Source: a bacterium (GTDB lineage Bacteria; SM23-31). Taken from it: a DNA stretch of 64,000 nucleotides. Both the position numbers and the translations under genes were made by a program. This document shows, piece by piece, positions 23,561-34,132 of this stretch (within the stretch, counting starts at the first letter, position 1; every line of letters begins with the position of its first letter). Under the pieces are notes generated by a model. That model was not told where the DNA came from. It searched no databases and saw only the letters and a list, made by a program, of their open reading frames with translations. The stretch covers positions 1,632,001 through 1,696,000 of the forward strand of contig OZ252239.1 in NCBI GenBank assembly GCA_965249485.1. Direction: 5' to 3'.

Positions 23561-25201
23561 TTAGCGTTTAGGGATAATAGGCTCAGGCGGCTTACCAAAA
23601 CCATATTTTTGGGGAATACGACCCGGGTAAACAGGTCCGGGCTTTCCAAAAACCGTGAACTCAACCACTCCGAACGGCACCTCTTTTGGCCATCCGGTGA
23701 TCGTCAGTTTCACATAACGACATTGAACCGGTGCGAAATCGTCGAATTCAACAACATTGTCCTCGTTGTTCCCGGTCTTGTCTACTACGGTCCGAAAAAC
23801 TTCACCATCCGATGATACTTCGATTTTGTATTTCCGGGTTCTGATCACGTTAGTTTCTGTCCAGCGTTCAGGTGGAATTGAGAAAAGGATTCGATCTGAG
23901 TCAATGATGAAATCCTGAAGGGGATCTACCTCTGTAACGACTCCAAGGTCGAGGATAAGCCAGGGTTCTGCATCATTTTCAGCTGGCTCCCACCAGGTTC
24001 TGAGATTATTGTCGAAAGCGTAGGGTGCATTTCGTCCGGGTGCCTCACTGCTGACAACATAGCTCTTGTCTTCCGTCAAGGATATTGATCCACTACCATT
24101 GTTTTCCCAGGGATTGGCCTTTACACCCGGAGCCCACTGCGGCATCTCCGATGGCCCATTAATAAACATGTTCCCGTACTCATCAAAGCCAACCGGATCC
24201 ATACCGATACGCCGTTCTAACCAGCGGTTCCAGTTCCGGTAAAGTAGTGTGTAGAATGCCCATAAGGTGCCGTCGGGAGCTTCGATTACGCTGTGATGCC
24301 CGGTACCATTGATCAGTCCGTTCTTGTGAACAAGGATCGGACTTCCCTCGTAGTATGTGAATGGACCCAGTGGATTTATACTGGTATATAAGCCGACGGC
24401 GTATGTTTTCCAATCGGTTCCCGGGGCTGTATACTGAAGATAATAAATTCCTTTTCGCTTGGTCATCCAGGGCCCTTCTATCCAGCTCACACCGCTGTAC
24501 TCATTCCGGTTACCGTATCGTTCCCAGATATGAGACGGCTCAAACTGAAAGAAACGTTCGGCAGGACCCAAGAAATTCCTCACGTCTCTACTATCGAGCT
24601 CGACTCCGTATATCCCGTTGATCGAACGCCCGGCGAAATAAAAATAGACTCGGTCATCCTCGTCGACAAAAATCATCGGGTCGAATACGCCCCCGACACC
24701 CTTTAAACTCTTGCCATCTTCGTCCTTGAAATCGCCATAGTATTCAAACGGTCCCAGCGGATCACGGCTCCGAAAGAGTCCGGCATCGATCCCGGTAAAG
24801 TACACATAGTCTCGATACACAAAAACAGCAGGAGCTTCAACCGTTCTATTGCTTCTCTGGGTATATGTACCGCCCTCCGGCAGCGTTACCAGGTGATGCT
24901 CCCATTGTATCAAATCGTCAGATGACCATACAAGACCTCCGCTCAGATACATATAATATTTTTCCTGAAATCGGATGACCATGGGATCTCCGATTAACCC
25001 AACATTTTCTACTTTGAGCGGGTTAACATAACGCAGCGTCTTCTTCTGCTGAGCATTGGTAGAAATTTTTCCACCGCCCTGGATCACCTGTGCGGAGATC
25101 GATGCGACTTCCCAAAACACAAATCCGCACAATGTGAATATTCCAATAAGACAGAAGAAAATAGACTTTGTAAGTAATTCCTTCACGGTTGATCCCTCCA
25201 T
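23561..25201 (-). CDS. Secreted GH43 glycoside hydrolase with C-terminal F5/8 type C (CBM32-like) domain
   Basis: IGDP, FDPMIFVDED, IEGPW, GTGHHS GH43 motifs; AFDNNLRTWW..WLILDLG..RYVKLTI discoidin domain. Confidence 0.85.
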   Translation of the reverse strand: MEGSTVKELLTKSIFFCLIGIFTLCGFVFWEVASISAQVIQGGGKISTNAQQKKTLRYVNPLKVENVGLIGDPMVIRFQEKYYMYLSGGLVWSSDDLIQWEHHLVTLPEGGTYTQRSNRTVEAPAVFVYRDYVYFTGIDAGLFRSRDPLGPFEYYGDFKDEDGKSLKGVGGVFDPMIFVDEDDRVYFYFAGRSINGIYGVELDSRDVRNFLGPAERFFQFEPSHIWERYGNRNEYSGVSWIEGPWMTKRKGIYYLQYTAPGTDWKTYAVGLYTSINPLGPFTYYEGSPILVHKNGLINGTGHHSVIEAPDGTLWAFYTLLYRNWNRWLERRIGMDPVGFDEYGNMFINGPSEMPQWAPGVKANPWENNGSGSISLTEDKSYVVSSEAPGRNAPYAFDNNLRTWWEPAENDAEPWLILDLGVVTEVDPLQDFIIDSDRILFSIPPERWTETNVIRTRKYKIEVSSDGEVFRTVVDKTGNNEDNVVEFDDFAPVQCRYVKLTITGWPKEVPFGVVEFTVFGKPGPVYPGRIPQKYGFGKPPEPIIPKR

Positions 25202-25305
25202 AGAATACTATTGATTAGCTTCACTTAAATTACTTCCATCTCTTCTATAACACATATTTCTTATCAATTGACAAATCCCATTTCTTCTGAAGAAAAGTGA
25301 TTCAC

Positions 25306-26112
25306 TTACAATGACATCGCTAATCGAAAACCGTGATAGTAGTATCCATCACCGGGATAGTGGTTGATGCGGGATGTAGTCCGGCAGTACTCAGGCGGAT
25401 CACGCCACGATCCGCCCCGTAATACTCGAAAATACCCGGTTTGAGGACCCTGTGGATTGTCCGACGGACTGTTAGCGTAGTAATGACCCTTGTCGTAATC
25501 CGAACACCATTCCCACACATTACCCGACATGTTGTACAGACCAAGTTTATTCGGTGCAAAACTGCCCACCGGAACACTCCTGCCGCGAAACACTCCCAAA
25601 CGGGAATAGGATTCCTTATAAGCCGCACTACCGTCAAAGTTGATCTCAGTCGGATCTGCACTATTGTTACCATTGCCGAAACGGACCTTGTTGCCTCTTT
25701 CCCGTGCTGCATACTCCCATTCCGCCTCGGTCGGAAGACGAATGTCCCTGCCGGTTTCATCGGATAACCAGCTGCAAAATGAATTAATATCCTCAAATGG
25801 TACGTTGATCACCGGTAGCTGACCGCGTCCCCAGCCCTCATCACCCGGTTTTCGTCTTCCCGTAGCTTCACAGAACGCATCGTACTGGGCGAAGGTTACT
25901 TCAGTCGCACTCAGGTAATAATTGTCCAGGGTAACGGTATGAACCGGTAATTCGGAACTCAATCCCTCACCAAAGGTGTCACCCATCTCAAACGTACCGC
26001 CTGGAATATGAACAAACTCAATACCATATGGAAATGTTTGAGAATGGATGTCCGAAAATAATAGAATTACTAATAGTAATATGACAGGGATACTATGATT
26101 TATTTTCTTCAT
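25306..26112 (-). CDS. FGE-sulfatase (SUMF1-like) domain secreted protein
   Basis: F.MG, P.H.V.L, TEVT, RLPTEAEWEYAAR, GLYNMSGNVWEW, RGGSW; lacks the FGE catalytic Cys pair. Confidence 0.88.
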   Translation of the reverse strand: MKKINHSIPVILLLVILLFSDIHSQTFPYGIEFVHIPGGTFEMGDTFGEGLSSELPVHTVTLDNYYLSATEVTFAQYDAFCEATGRRKPGDEGWGRGQLPVINVPFEDINSFCSWLSDETGRDIRLPTEAEWEYAARERGNKVRFGNGNNSADPTEINFDGSAAYKESYSRLGVFRGRSVPVGSFAPNKLGLYNMSGNVWEWCSDYDKGHYYANSPSDNPQGPQTGYFRVLRGGSWRDPPEYCRTTSRINHYPGDGYYYHGFRLAMSL

Positions 26113-26202
26113 TTGCAGCTGGCTCCAATAAGTTGAAAACAGATTGAATGAACGTCCAAAGTGTGTATTTTTATGCCATGAATCAGAAATTAGCAGCCAT
26201 CT

Positions 26203-27549
26203 TTATTGACCCGGTGAAACATGACGGGGAGTAACCACTCGTCCATTTTTGATGATGACGCGTCCGTCACGGATGACCAGGTCTGTATTCGCAAGGTCCT
26301 CAAGGTCTTCATCCGGCTTGCCGTCAACTACAAGAATATCGGCGAGTTTTCCCGGCTCTAAAGTTCCCAGTTTATCGCCCATATCAAGGATCTCTGCACC
26401 TACCTTTGTGGCAGAAAGAAGGGCTTGGGAAATGGTCATCCCTGCTTCGACAAAAGTCTTTAATTCCCGAATATAGTTAATGGGGTGTAATTCAATTTCT
26501 TCACCATTATCGAGACTTACACCCATTGGTATCCCGGCAGCTACCATTTTACTAAGAGTTTCCATAACTTCCGGATCCTGATATCCTGCTGCTACCGTAG
26601 GAGCCGATTGTACACCTCTTTCCACCATCATTCTGATTACCTTATCTGTTTCTCTGTCAGGACCGGTGTGCTCTACGCAGTCTAATCCCGCTTCAATAGC
26701 CCACTCAAGATAGGGGACATGAGCATCTGACATAACCTTTATACCCAAGGCATGTGCTTCTTCTATTGCTGATGCTATCTCTGCACGATTGTATATATTT
26801 GTGGTCTTGATCAGATCAGCACCTTTATTAAATTGTTCCCGTACATTCATACGCCACTCCATCGCCCCATCATAGTGGGTCTCTGCCAGAGTATAACGTT
26901 TTTCTATTGCTTTATAATTCCCTTCGACTGAATGACCGCCGGTGCCGGTAGTTGTCTGGCCGACAGCAAATATTCTGGGACCGGGTATTCGATTCTCGTT
27001 GACGGCATCTTTTAATCGGAATGCTACCTCCCCATGCGCTGCAGCATCACGGATACTGGTTATGCCGCTTTCGATATACCAGCGAAGATGTTCGATGGCC
27101 ATAAGTGTAAGATGTGCCTCGTGTGTTATAACATCGATACCATCATGAAGAGGCGAAGTGATTTCGGTAATATGTTCATGCATGGCTATAAGACCGGGCA
27201 TGACGGTTTTCCCGTCAACATCGATAACCTGTGCATTCCGGGGCCAATTTGTTGATCCGGGTGGAAGGATTTCTTTGATTCTGTTTCGTTCAATGACAAC
27301 ATTTCCATCACGCGCATCTGCACCGGTCCCATCAAAGATTCGCCCGCCGGTTATAACAATCGTGCCATCGGGACCTTCCGGACCAGGAGGTAAAGGAATA
27401 CGGCGGGGATCGTTCGTGGTCCTTGTATTCGGATCAATAAACCTTCTGCGGTCTTCTATCGTCTGGCCATACATTACTCCGTAAAAGGTAAAAACCCCGA
27501 TAAGACAGAGAAATATGGACTTGGTTATTGTTTGATTCATGATTAACAC
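26203..27549 (-). CDS. Secreted amidohydrolase family protein, paralog A
   Basis: GGRIFDGTG, PGLIAMHEH, GITSIRD, CVEH, GTLEPGKLAD. Confidence 0.85.
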   Translation of the reverse strand: MLIMNQTITKSIFLCLIGVFTFYGVMYGQTIEDRRRFIDPNTRTTNDPRRIPLPPGPEGPDGTIVITGGRIFDGTGADARDGNVVIERNRIKEILPPGSTNWPRNAQVIDVDGKTVMPGLIAMHEHITEITSPLHDGIDVITHEAHLTLMAIEHLRWYIESGITSIRDAAAHGEVAFRLKDAVNENRIPGPRIFAVGQTTTGTGGHSVEGNYKAIEKRYTLAETHYDGAMEWRMNVREQFNKGADLIKTTNIYNRAEIASAIEEAHALGIKVMSDAHVPYLEWAIEAGLDCVEHTGPDRETDKVIRMMVERGVQSAPTVAAGYQDPEVMETLSKMVAAGIPMGVSLDNGEEIELHPINYIRELKTFVEAGMTISQALLSATKVGAEILDMGDKLGTLEPGKLADILVVDGKPDEDLEDLANTDLVIRDGRVIIKNGRVVTPRHVSPGQ

Positions 27550-27605
27550 CTCTTATATATAGTTGTAAAAATATTGACTCTTTGAATTAATTTTGCTTTT
27601 AGCTG

Positions 27606-29000
27606 TTATTTTACGCTCCAATGGCCTTCTGGCATTAAAGCCATCGGATCATGAGGATCTATGTTTAACATTCCATCTATGATGACGATATGTCCGTCAC
27701 GGATAACCAGGTTAACATTCGCAAGGTCGTCAAGGTCAGCATCCGGCCTGCCGTCAATGACAATAATATCGGCAAGTTTCCCCGTCTCTAATGTTCCCAG
27801 TTGTTCATCCATATCAAGGATCTCAGCATTCGTCTTTGTGGCGGCAACAAGGGCTTCGGTAATGGTATACCCTCCCTCGACAAAATATTTTAACTCTTGA
27901 ATATAGGTGTAGGGCAATTCTATAACACTGTTTCCCATATCGAGACCAACACCCATTTTTATTCCGGCACGTCTCATTTTTTGAAACGTTTCCATAATTG
28001 AGTCTTTTGTTATTGTGAACCTGCGTGAAGCTTCGCCGAAATACCCGCCTTCCCGCTCGATTCTTCTCATTGATGATGTAATTGTAGGAACAGCCTGTGT
28101 CCCATTTGACGCCATCAACCTTATAGTCCTATCTGTCCGGGGCATTAGGTGATCGATCACGTCTACTCCTGCTTCGACCGCCCACTGAATATAAAACGTT
28201 TCAGCATTGGCTGAGACCTTCAATCCCAGAGTGTGTGCTTCTTCTACAGCTACTCCAATTTCATCAGGTCTGAAATGACTGGCGACTGAAATTAAAGCAG
28301 CACCATTCGTCCATTGCTGCCGCGTTGCTTCCAGCCATTCGTCCGGTCCATTAACGGTCCACTCTGCAGAGATCATGACAGCCTCGGGAATTTCGACATT
28401 TATGAAATTGCCATACCACATTCCCTCTGTTGAATGTCCTCCTATAGCGGTAATGAGTTGTCCTGAAGGAAATAATCGGGGACCGAAAACTCGATTTTGT
28501 AAAACTAAATCTTTTAATCTGAATGGTATATCCCCATGTGATCCAATATCACGAATACTTGTGATACCACTTTCGATATACCATTTAAGACGCTCGTAGG
28601 CATTAATCGTACCTAATACTGCATACGTTTTAACATTGGGGCCAGGATTAATGACTCCCTTAGCCTTGGTTATTTGTTCATGCATGGCTATAAGGCCCGG
28701 CATGACAGTTTTTCCAGCAACATCGATCACGTTTGCATTTCGAGGCCAATCTCTTGAACCGGGTGGAAGGATCTCTGTGATCATATTTCGTTCAATGACA
28801 ATAGATCCGTTGCGCACTGCCGCACCGGTCCCATCAAATATCCGTCCGCCGGTTATAACCGTGGTACCCTCGGGACCCGGCTGAAATCCGCTCGGAGCTC
28901 TCGTTCCTGATATTGCCGTCAATTGACCAAACATCTCCCCGTAAAATGTAAATACCCCGATAAAACAGAGAATTACGGACCTAATAAGTAGTTTCTTCAT
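27606..29000 (-). CDS. Secreted amidohydrolase family protein, paralog B (degenerate metal site)
   Basis: Same fold motifs; HxH reads HEQ. Confidence 0.83.
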   Translation of the reverse strand: MKKLLIRSVILCFIGVFTFYGEMFGQLTAISGTRAPSGFQPGPEGTTVITGGRIFDGTGAAVRNGSIVIERNMITEILPPGSRDWPRNANVIDVAGKTVMPGLIAMHEQITKAKGVINPGPNVKTYAVLGTINAYERLKWYIESGITSIRDIGSHGDIPFRLKDLVLQNRVFGPRLFPSGQLITAIGGHSTEGMWYGNFINVEIPEAVMISAEWTVNGPDEWLEATRQQWTNGAALISVASHFRPDEIGVAVEEAHTLGLKVSANAETFYIQWAVEAGVDVIDHLMPRTDRTIRLMASNGTQAVPTITSSMRRIEREGGYFGEASRRFTITKDSIMETFQKMRRAGIKMGVGLDMGNSVIELPYTYIQELKYFVEGGYTITEALVAATKTNAEILDMDEQLGTLETGKLADIIVIDGRPDADLDDLANVNLVIRDGHIVIIDGMLNIDPHDPMALMPEGHWSVK

Positions 29001-29228
29001 GACTACTCCTTTCTGTTATATGTTATAACATATTGAACACTTCAAATTATATTTGAAGGAATCAGTTTTGCCATTACTAATGTATCCCACGCTCAGAATT
29101 GGACGATTTGCGAACATTTAAAATTGAAATCAATAGCAGAATCGTTCTGAAGCCGTGTATAAGAAAATTCCGGCATGAACAACGCAAAAAATATTAAAAG
29201 CAACTCCTCCTTTCTCGTATATTGAGAC

Positions 29229-30668
29229 TCATTTAATCAGTATAATCTTTTCATTTGGTGGATGAAGCCATTCAACACCACGGCTGGATACTATGTGATT
29301 ACCCTCTATATTGATGGAAAGTGGATATCCCGGACGTTCAGGAAGGTTTGTGTGAACAATATATTCAAAAGAGAACATATGATTTTCTTGAATTGTGAGA
29401 TGATCTCTATCAGACCGAAATGGAGCAACCGAAGGACCGACAGTTACCAGACTACCGTCATGATGACCCTGACTGTGTAAATCAATAGAAATACCTGATC
29501 TATCAGTATTAGCTAAAGCCTTACTCAGCATATCATAATCTTCCGTGCCAATATCGATAAAAGGTGTATATATATAGTCTGCATCTTCCAGTGCTCTAAC
29601 ACAAGCTTCTAATGTTTCTTCGACTGTTCTACCAATTTTTACGTTTTGCCGAATAATCTTTTGAGCTTCCAAAGCACGATCAAAAGCATGCTGTATGCTC
29701 TGGGGAACACTTGTTTCATCCTCCAATAAAATGTATGCGTTACGTTTATAATCTGTCGAAAAATAATCCAGATATCGAACACCATTATCAAAATTTAAAA
29801 AGTCACCGCGCTGAATTACATAATCAGGGTGGTAAATCCAACCTCCCGTAGAAGGTGGATCAATAGGTTTGGATTTTACGGAGTATAGAATACGAGGAAT
29901 GCCTACTCCAGTATTATATCCCCTACCTAATCCCCGTTTATGATGCTCTTCCCGGACCCACCAGCCTATCTCACGCAAGGTTGTTACACCCGGTGTGATA
30001 ACCTCACGAGATAAAGAACGTTCAAGAATTTGTCGATGAGCTTCCAATGCATTGGTCATAGTTGAAACTTCCCTGAGTATCCTTCTTGCCCTAAAATCAG
30101 TGATCACATTTTCAGCAGAGATAATTCGATCAGAGTATTTCGGCCCTAATATTTTTTCCAGTTTTACATATTGAGAATATGAAATACCGTCCGCAATAGC
30201 GAGCCAATCGGATGTGTTGACCGCGATCGTCTGCGGATCGCGTTCTGCAATATAATTTCTCAATTCGTCGTAAACGGAGAAGTCTTGCGTTCGATAATTA
30301 TATCCTGCGATAGCCATTGAAATTTCGTTGGAGCCGTGTATGTCGATATTTTCAACAGCTCCTGCCGAACCAAATACAGCCCGCTCGATTCTGTTACCCA
30401 GATCGGTAAAAATCAGATAACCGGACGTCGATCCGAAATTCTCGGTCAATGGATCAGGGTCTCCATTACGTGTGACGTGAATCCACATGTCCACATTATT
30501 ATCGCGCATGGCTCCGGGAAGGATAAGATCAAGTTTTTCATTCCGTATCAGCCGGAGAACTTCAGAACCGGTTTTTGCCGTATGAACACCTGGCTGTGCA
30601 TTGGCAACTGGTACAGTGAAAATCATAGATAGTAAAAATATCATTGCTCTAAATATCATGACTTGCAC
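29229..30668 (-). CDS. Secreted M24 peptidase, paralog 5 (closest to paralog 1)
   Basis: Shares AQPGVHxAKTG and FDNGVRYLDYFSTDYKRNAY with 625-2085. Confidence 0.82.
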   Translation of the reverse strand: MQVMIFRAMIFLLSMIFTVPVANAQPGVHTAKTGSEVLRLIRNEKLDLILPGAMRDNNVDMWIHVTRNGDPDPLTENFGSTSGYLIFTDLGNRIERAVFGSAGAVENIDIHGSNEISMAIAGYNYRTQDFSVYDELRNYIAERDPQTIAVNTSDWLAIADGISYSQYVKLEKILGPKYSDRIISAENVITDFRARRILREVSTMTNALEAHRQILERSLSREVITPGVTTLREIGWWVREEHHKRGLGRGYNTGVGIPRILYSVKSKPIDPPSTGGWIYHPDYVIQRGDFLNFDNGVRYLDYFSTDYKRNAYILLEDETSVPQSIQHAFDRALEAQKIIRQNVKIGRTVEETLEACVRALEDADYIYTPFIDIGTEDYDMLSKALANTDRSGISIDLHSQGHHDGSLVTVGPSVAPFRSDRDHLTIQENHMFSFEYIVHTNLPERPGYPLSINIEGNHIVSSRGVEWLHPPNEKIILIK

Positions 30669-30768
30669 CTCTTGTGATTATTGCTGATGAATACAATTTT
30701 AAGCAAATTACTTTTACAGCTGGTTTATGCTTCTTGGGCACTGCTATTTATCAATGTAAACAGTTTTA

Positions 30769-32151
30769 TTATTCTTGACCGGGTGGAACGTGGCGGGGAA
30801 CAAATATCCTACTATCGTCGACGACGATGTATCCGTCACGGATGACCATGTCCGTATTTGCAAGGTCGCCGAGATTAACATCCGGTCTGCCATCGATCAC
30901 AATGATATCTGCAAGCTTTCCGGGTTCTATTGTTCCAAGCTTATCATCCATATCGAGGATTTCTGCACCTGTCTTCGTGGCAGCAACAAGAGCTTCCGTA
31001 ATGGTATACCCTCCCTCGACAAAAAACTCTAATTCCTCTATATAGATATTGGGAAAAGAAATAACATCCATTCCCTCATCAATTCCAATTCCCATTTTTA
31101 TTCCAGCACGTTTCTGTTTCCGGAATAACTCCATCAATGATTCTCTTGTAACCGTATATCTGTTCGTAGAACCGCCAAATTCTCCGCCTTCCTCGTCTTG
31201 TGATCTCATAAAAGTCATAATTGTCGGAACAGATTCTGTACCGTTTTCCGCCATTAATCTGATCGCTTCTTCGGAGCGGGGTTGCAGGTGCTCAATACAG
31301 TCTATACCCGCTTCAACCGCCCATTGAACATAGAAAGCCTCTGAATCGGTTGTTACCTTCATTCCAAGAGCGTGAGCTTCTTCAACAGCTGCCTTGATCT
31401 CATCACGGCTAAAGTGACTGGCAGTTTTGATAAGAACAGCGCCTTTGTTGAATTGCTCCCGTACTGCTTTCCGCCATTCATCAGGACCATCAACTGCCCG
31501 TTCTGCATTGACAAGCGGGTTGTCCATGTGTCTTCCCTCGGTTCCATGACCCCCCGTTGAGGTAATTTGCTGACCGGCAGGAAAAACCCGGGGACTTGGT
31601 ATTCTATTTTCAGAAGCAAATTCCTTTATTCGGAATGGTATATCTCCGTGTGATGCAAGGTCCCGAATGCTTGTTATACCGCTTTCAATATACCAGCGCA
31701 TACGTTCCACGGATTTAAGCGTATTTATTGCTTCGTTTGATAGAACTGTCGGGCCGCTCAAACGACCTGCTTCCGTCATATGTTCATGGAGAGATATTAA
31801 TCCCGGCATTACAGTTTTCCCATCAACATCGATCACGTGAGCATCCCGGTGCCATGCTCTAGAACCGGGCGGAAGTATTTCTTTGATTTTGTTCCGTTCA
31901 ATGACAATAGATCCATTACGAACCGCTGCACCAGTCCCGTCAAAAATCCGTCCGCCTGTTATCACCAATGTACCTTCGGGACCATTCTGCCCCGGGGGCA
32001 TGGGGATGCGCCTGGGGTCATCAGTGGTGTTGGCATTTTCATCGATCCATGTTCTTCGATCCTGCGCCTTTTCCTGAGCCAGTACTAATCCATTAAATGT
32101 AAATATCGCAATAAGACAGAAAAAAATAGACCTTGTAAGTACCTTCATCAT
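30769..32151 (-). CDS. Secreted amidohydrolase family protein, paralog C
   Basis: PGLISLHEH, GITSIRDLASHG, LIKTASH, CIEH, GTIEPGKLAD. Confidence 0.85.
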   Translation of the reverse strand: MMKVLTRSIFFCLIAIFTFNGLVLAQEKAQDRRTWIDENANTTDDPRRIPMPPGQNGPEGTLVITGGRIFDGTGAAVRNGSIVIERNKIKEILPPGSRAWHRDAHVIDVDGKTVMPGLISLHEHMTEAGRLSGPTVLSNEAINTLKSVERMRWYIESGITSIRDLASHGDIPFRIKEFASENRIPSPRVFPAGQQITSTGGHGTEGRHMDNPLVNAERAVDGPDEWRKAVREQFNKGAVLIKTASHFSRDEIKAAVEEAHALGMKVTTDSEAFYVQWAVEAGIDCIEHLQPRSEEAIRLMAENGTESVPTIMTFMRSQDEEGGEFGGSTNRYTVTRESLMELFRKQKRAGIKMGIGIDEGMDVISFPNIYIEELEFFVEGGYTITEALVAATKTGAEILDMDDKLGTIEPGKLADIIVIDGRPDVNLGDLANTDMVIRDGYIVVDDSRIFVPRHVPPGQE

Positions 32152-32180
32152 CCTATATACCTCCTGTTTTTATTTTCATA

Positions 32181-33320
32181 TTACCGGTTGTATGTAATAC
32201 GGTAAATTACGCCGGCAAAATCATCCGATACCAGCAGTGACCCATCGGCCATAGTGCAGACATCGACCGGGCGTCCAAACCGTCTTCGCCCATCATCAAG
32301 GAGCCACCCCTCGGCAAAGGGTTCATAATATTCAACCTCACTATTTTCGATCGATACAAAGGAAACTCTATATCCATTAAAACGGACTCCTGGACTCCTG
32401 TCCCATGAGCCGTGCTCGGCTATAAAAATACCGTTTCTGTATTTTTCCGGAAACATGGAGCCAGTGTAAAATTGCATTCCTATTGCTGCAGCATGGGCGG
32501 GCATTTCAATTTTGGTAGGTTGAAATTCGCTGATATCGCGTTTATGACCGAATACGGGGTCTTTTATATCTATTCCGAAATAGTACGGAAAACCGAAATT
32601 CAAACCCTGACGCGGAGCGTGATTTAATTCTTCAGGGGGAATTTCATCACCAAGTTCATCTCTCCCGTTATCTGTAAACCACAATTCGTCGGTCCGGGGG
32701 TCCCAGTCCAATCCAACCGAATGCCGTATACCATCTGCAAACACTTCAAGATCGCTGCCATCTTTATTCATTCTAAGAATTTTGCCAAATAGTTCTTCAG
32801 GTTCACAAATATTGCACGGTGCACCGTTATCAAAATAAAGTTTGTCATCAGGACCAAGTCTGAGGTATTTCTTGCCGTGAGCACGTTCGCTCGGAAATGA
32901 ATCATTCAGAATTACCGGCTTTGGAGGATGGTTTAAATTGTTTTCTATATCATCATAGCGAATAACACGGTCTCTTTCAGCAACATAGAGATCGCCGTCG
33001 ATAAATTCCACACCATTTGGTTGGGTAAGCCCTTCTGCGAGTACAATGACTTCATCAACTTTATAATCCTTGTTTCTGTCAACAACTGCATATAATCTTT
33101 CTCCATATGAACCGACAAACAGTGTTCCGCCAGGGCTCAAAGCCATTGAACGCGCACCGCGAACTCCCTCGGTGTATAGTTCGATCTTAAATCCGTCAGG
33201 CATTTTTATTCTTTCTAACTGCATGTACGGTTTGGAAATCTGCGCATAAGCGGTTATTGAAAATGTCAAGATTAAAACCGGCAGCAAGACCGATACTGCA
33301 AATTGTATAGATTTTTTCAT
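32181..33320 (-). CDS. PQQ-dependent sugar/L-sorbosone dehydrogenase
   Basis: GAPCNIC, GIRHSVG, WFTDNGRD, AHAAAIGM, HGSWDR, GRPVD, DGSLLVSDD; signal peptide from MKKSIQ with RBS AAGGAG. Confidence 0.9.
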   Translation of the reverse strand: MKKSIQFAVSVLLPVLILTFSITAYAQISKPYMQLERIKMPDGFKIELYTEGVRGARSMALSPGGTLFVGSYGERLYAVVDRNKDYKVDEVIVLAEGLTQPNGVEFIDGDLYVAERDRVIRYDDIENNLNHPPKPVILNDSFPSERAHGKKYLRLGPDDKLYFDNGAPCNICEPEELFGKILRMNKDGSDLEVFADGIRHSVGLDWDPRTDELWFTDNGRDELGDEIPPEELNHAPRQGLNFGFPYYFGIDIKDPVFGHKRDISEFQPTKIEMPAHAAAIGMQFYTGSMFPEKYRNGIFIAEHGSWDRSPGVRFNGYRVSFVSIENSEVEYYEPFAEGWLLDDGRRRFGRPVDVCTMADGSLLVSDDFAGVIYRITYNR

Positions 33321-33644
33321 AGAATCTCCTTGAATCGACAATAAAACTGATTAATCTGTTATCGAAATTACATAATTCGGCAGAATGGGATGAAAAATAA
33401 CTTTTCACTTCTTATAACATTATAATCAGTATCACACAGATTTTTTTCTTAACGTGGGTTGATGAAGATACGAAATACAAACGTTACCGCATAAAATAAC
33501 TTGTACTTAGGAAATAGTTGTATGAGATTGTGTATTATGGAATTAAGTATTTGAGATATAGTGTATGAATTTATACTATGAAAATGACCACTATATATTT
33601 TGATGAATCAATTTAATATTCGATCACCTAACGTTAATGTACTG

Positions 33645-34103
33645 TCATCGGGGTCCTACATAAAAGCGTACGGGAACTGTCATCCGGGATTTTACAGGCT
33701 TGCCCGATTGCTGTGCAGGAATGAATTTCGTTTCATAAACCGCCTTCATTGCGGCCTCATCGCAATCTTTATTCAATGAGCTTTTTATTTCCGCTTTTTC
33801 AACCTTTCCTTTTTCATTGATTAAAGCGTTAACCTGAACAATACCCTCAATTTCATCGCGTTTTTGAGACTCCTGGTAAACAACTCTATCGGAAATTGCC
33901 GCTATACCGCCTATAACCTTCGGCTGTTCTTCAATTGGCAGTTCTTCTAATATTTCAGGAACTTCCATGCCTGACCCGACACTTTGTTCTGATTGCACAT
34001 TTGCTTTTTCCCCGCAGGCAGTGAAACTGCTTGCTATTAATAGTAAGATTACGAATAAAGTCGGCAATAAAATGGGGCTGCTCATTCTAGACAATGTACT
34101 CAT
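33645..34103 (-). CDS. TonB C-terminal domain lipoprotein
   Basis: Lipobox FTAC; P.VIGG..Y..EGIVQV..I.EKG.V..DEAA..FIPAQQ.GKPV..PVRF. Confidence 0.85.
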   Translation of the reverse strand: MSTLSRMSSPILLPTLFVILLLIASSFTACGEKANVQSEQSVGSGMEVPEILEELPIEEQPKVIGGIAAISDRVVYQESQKRDEIEGIVQVNALINEKGKVEKAEIKSSLNKDCDEAAMKAVYETKFIPAQQSGKPVKSRMTVPVRFYVGPR

Positions 34104-34132
34104 GCTCTACCTTATTAATTAATTTCAGGTTG

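Noticed and set aside
25306..26112. FGE-sulfatase protein as a DGR target or a true formylglycine-generating enzyme
   Set aside because: No reverse transcriptase or template repeat in the window; catalytic Cys pair absent
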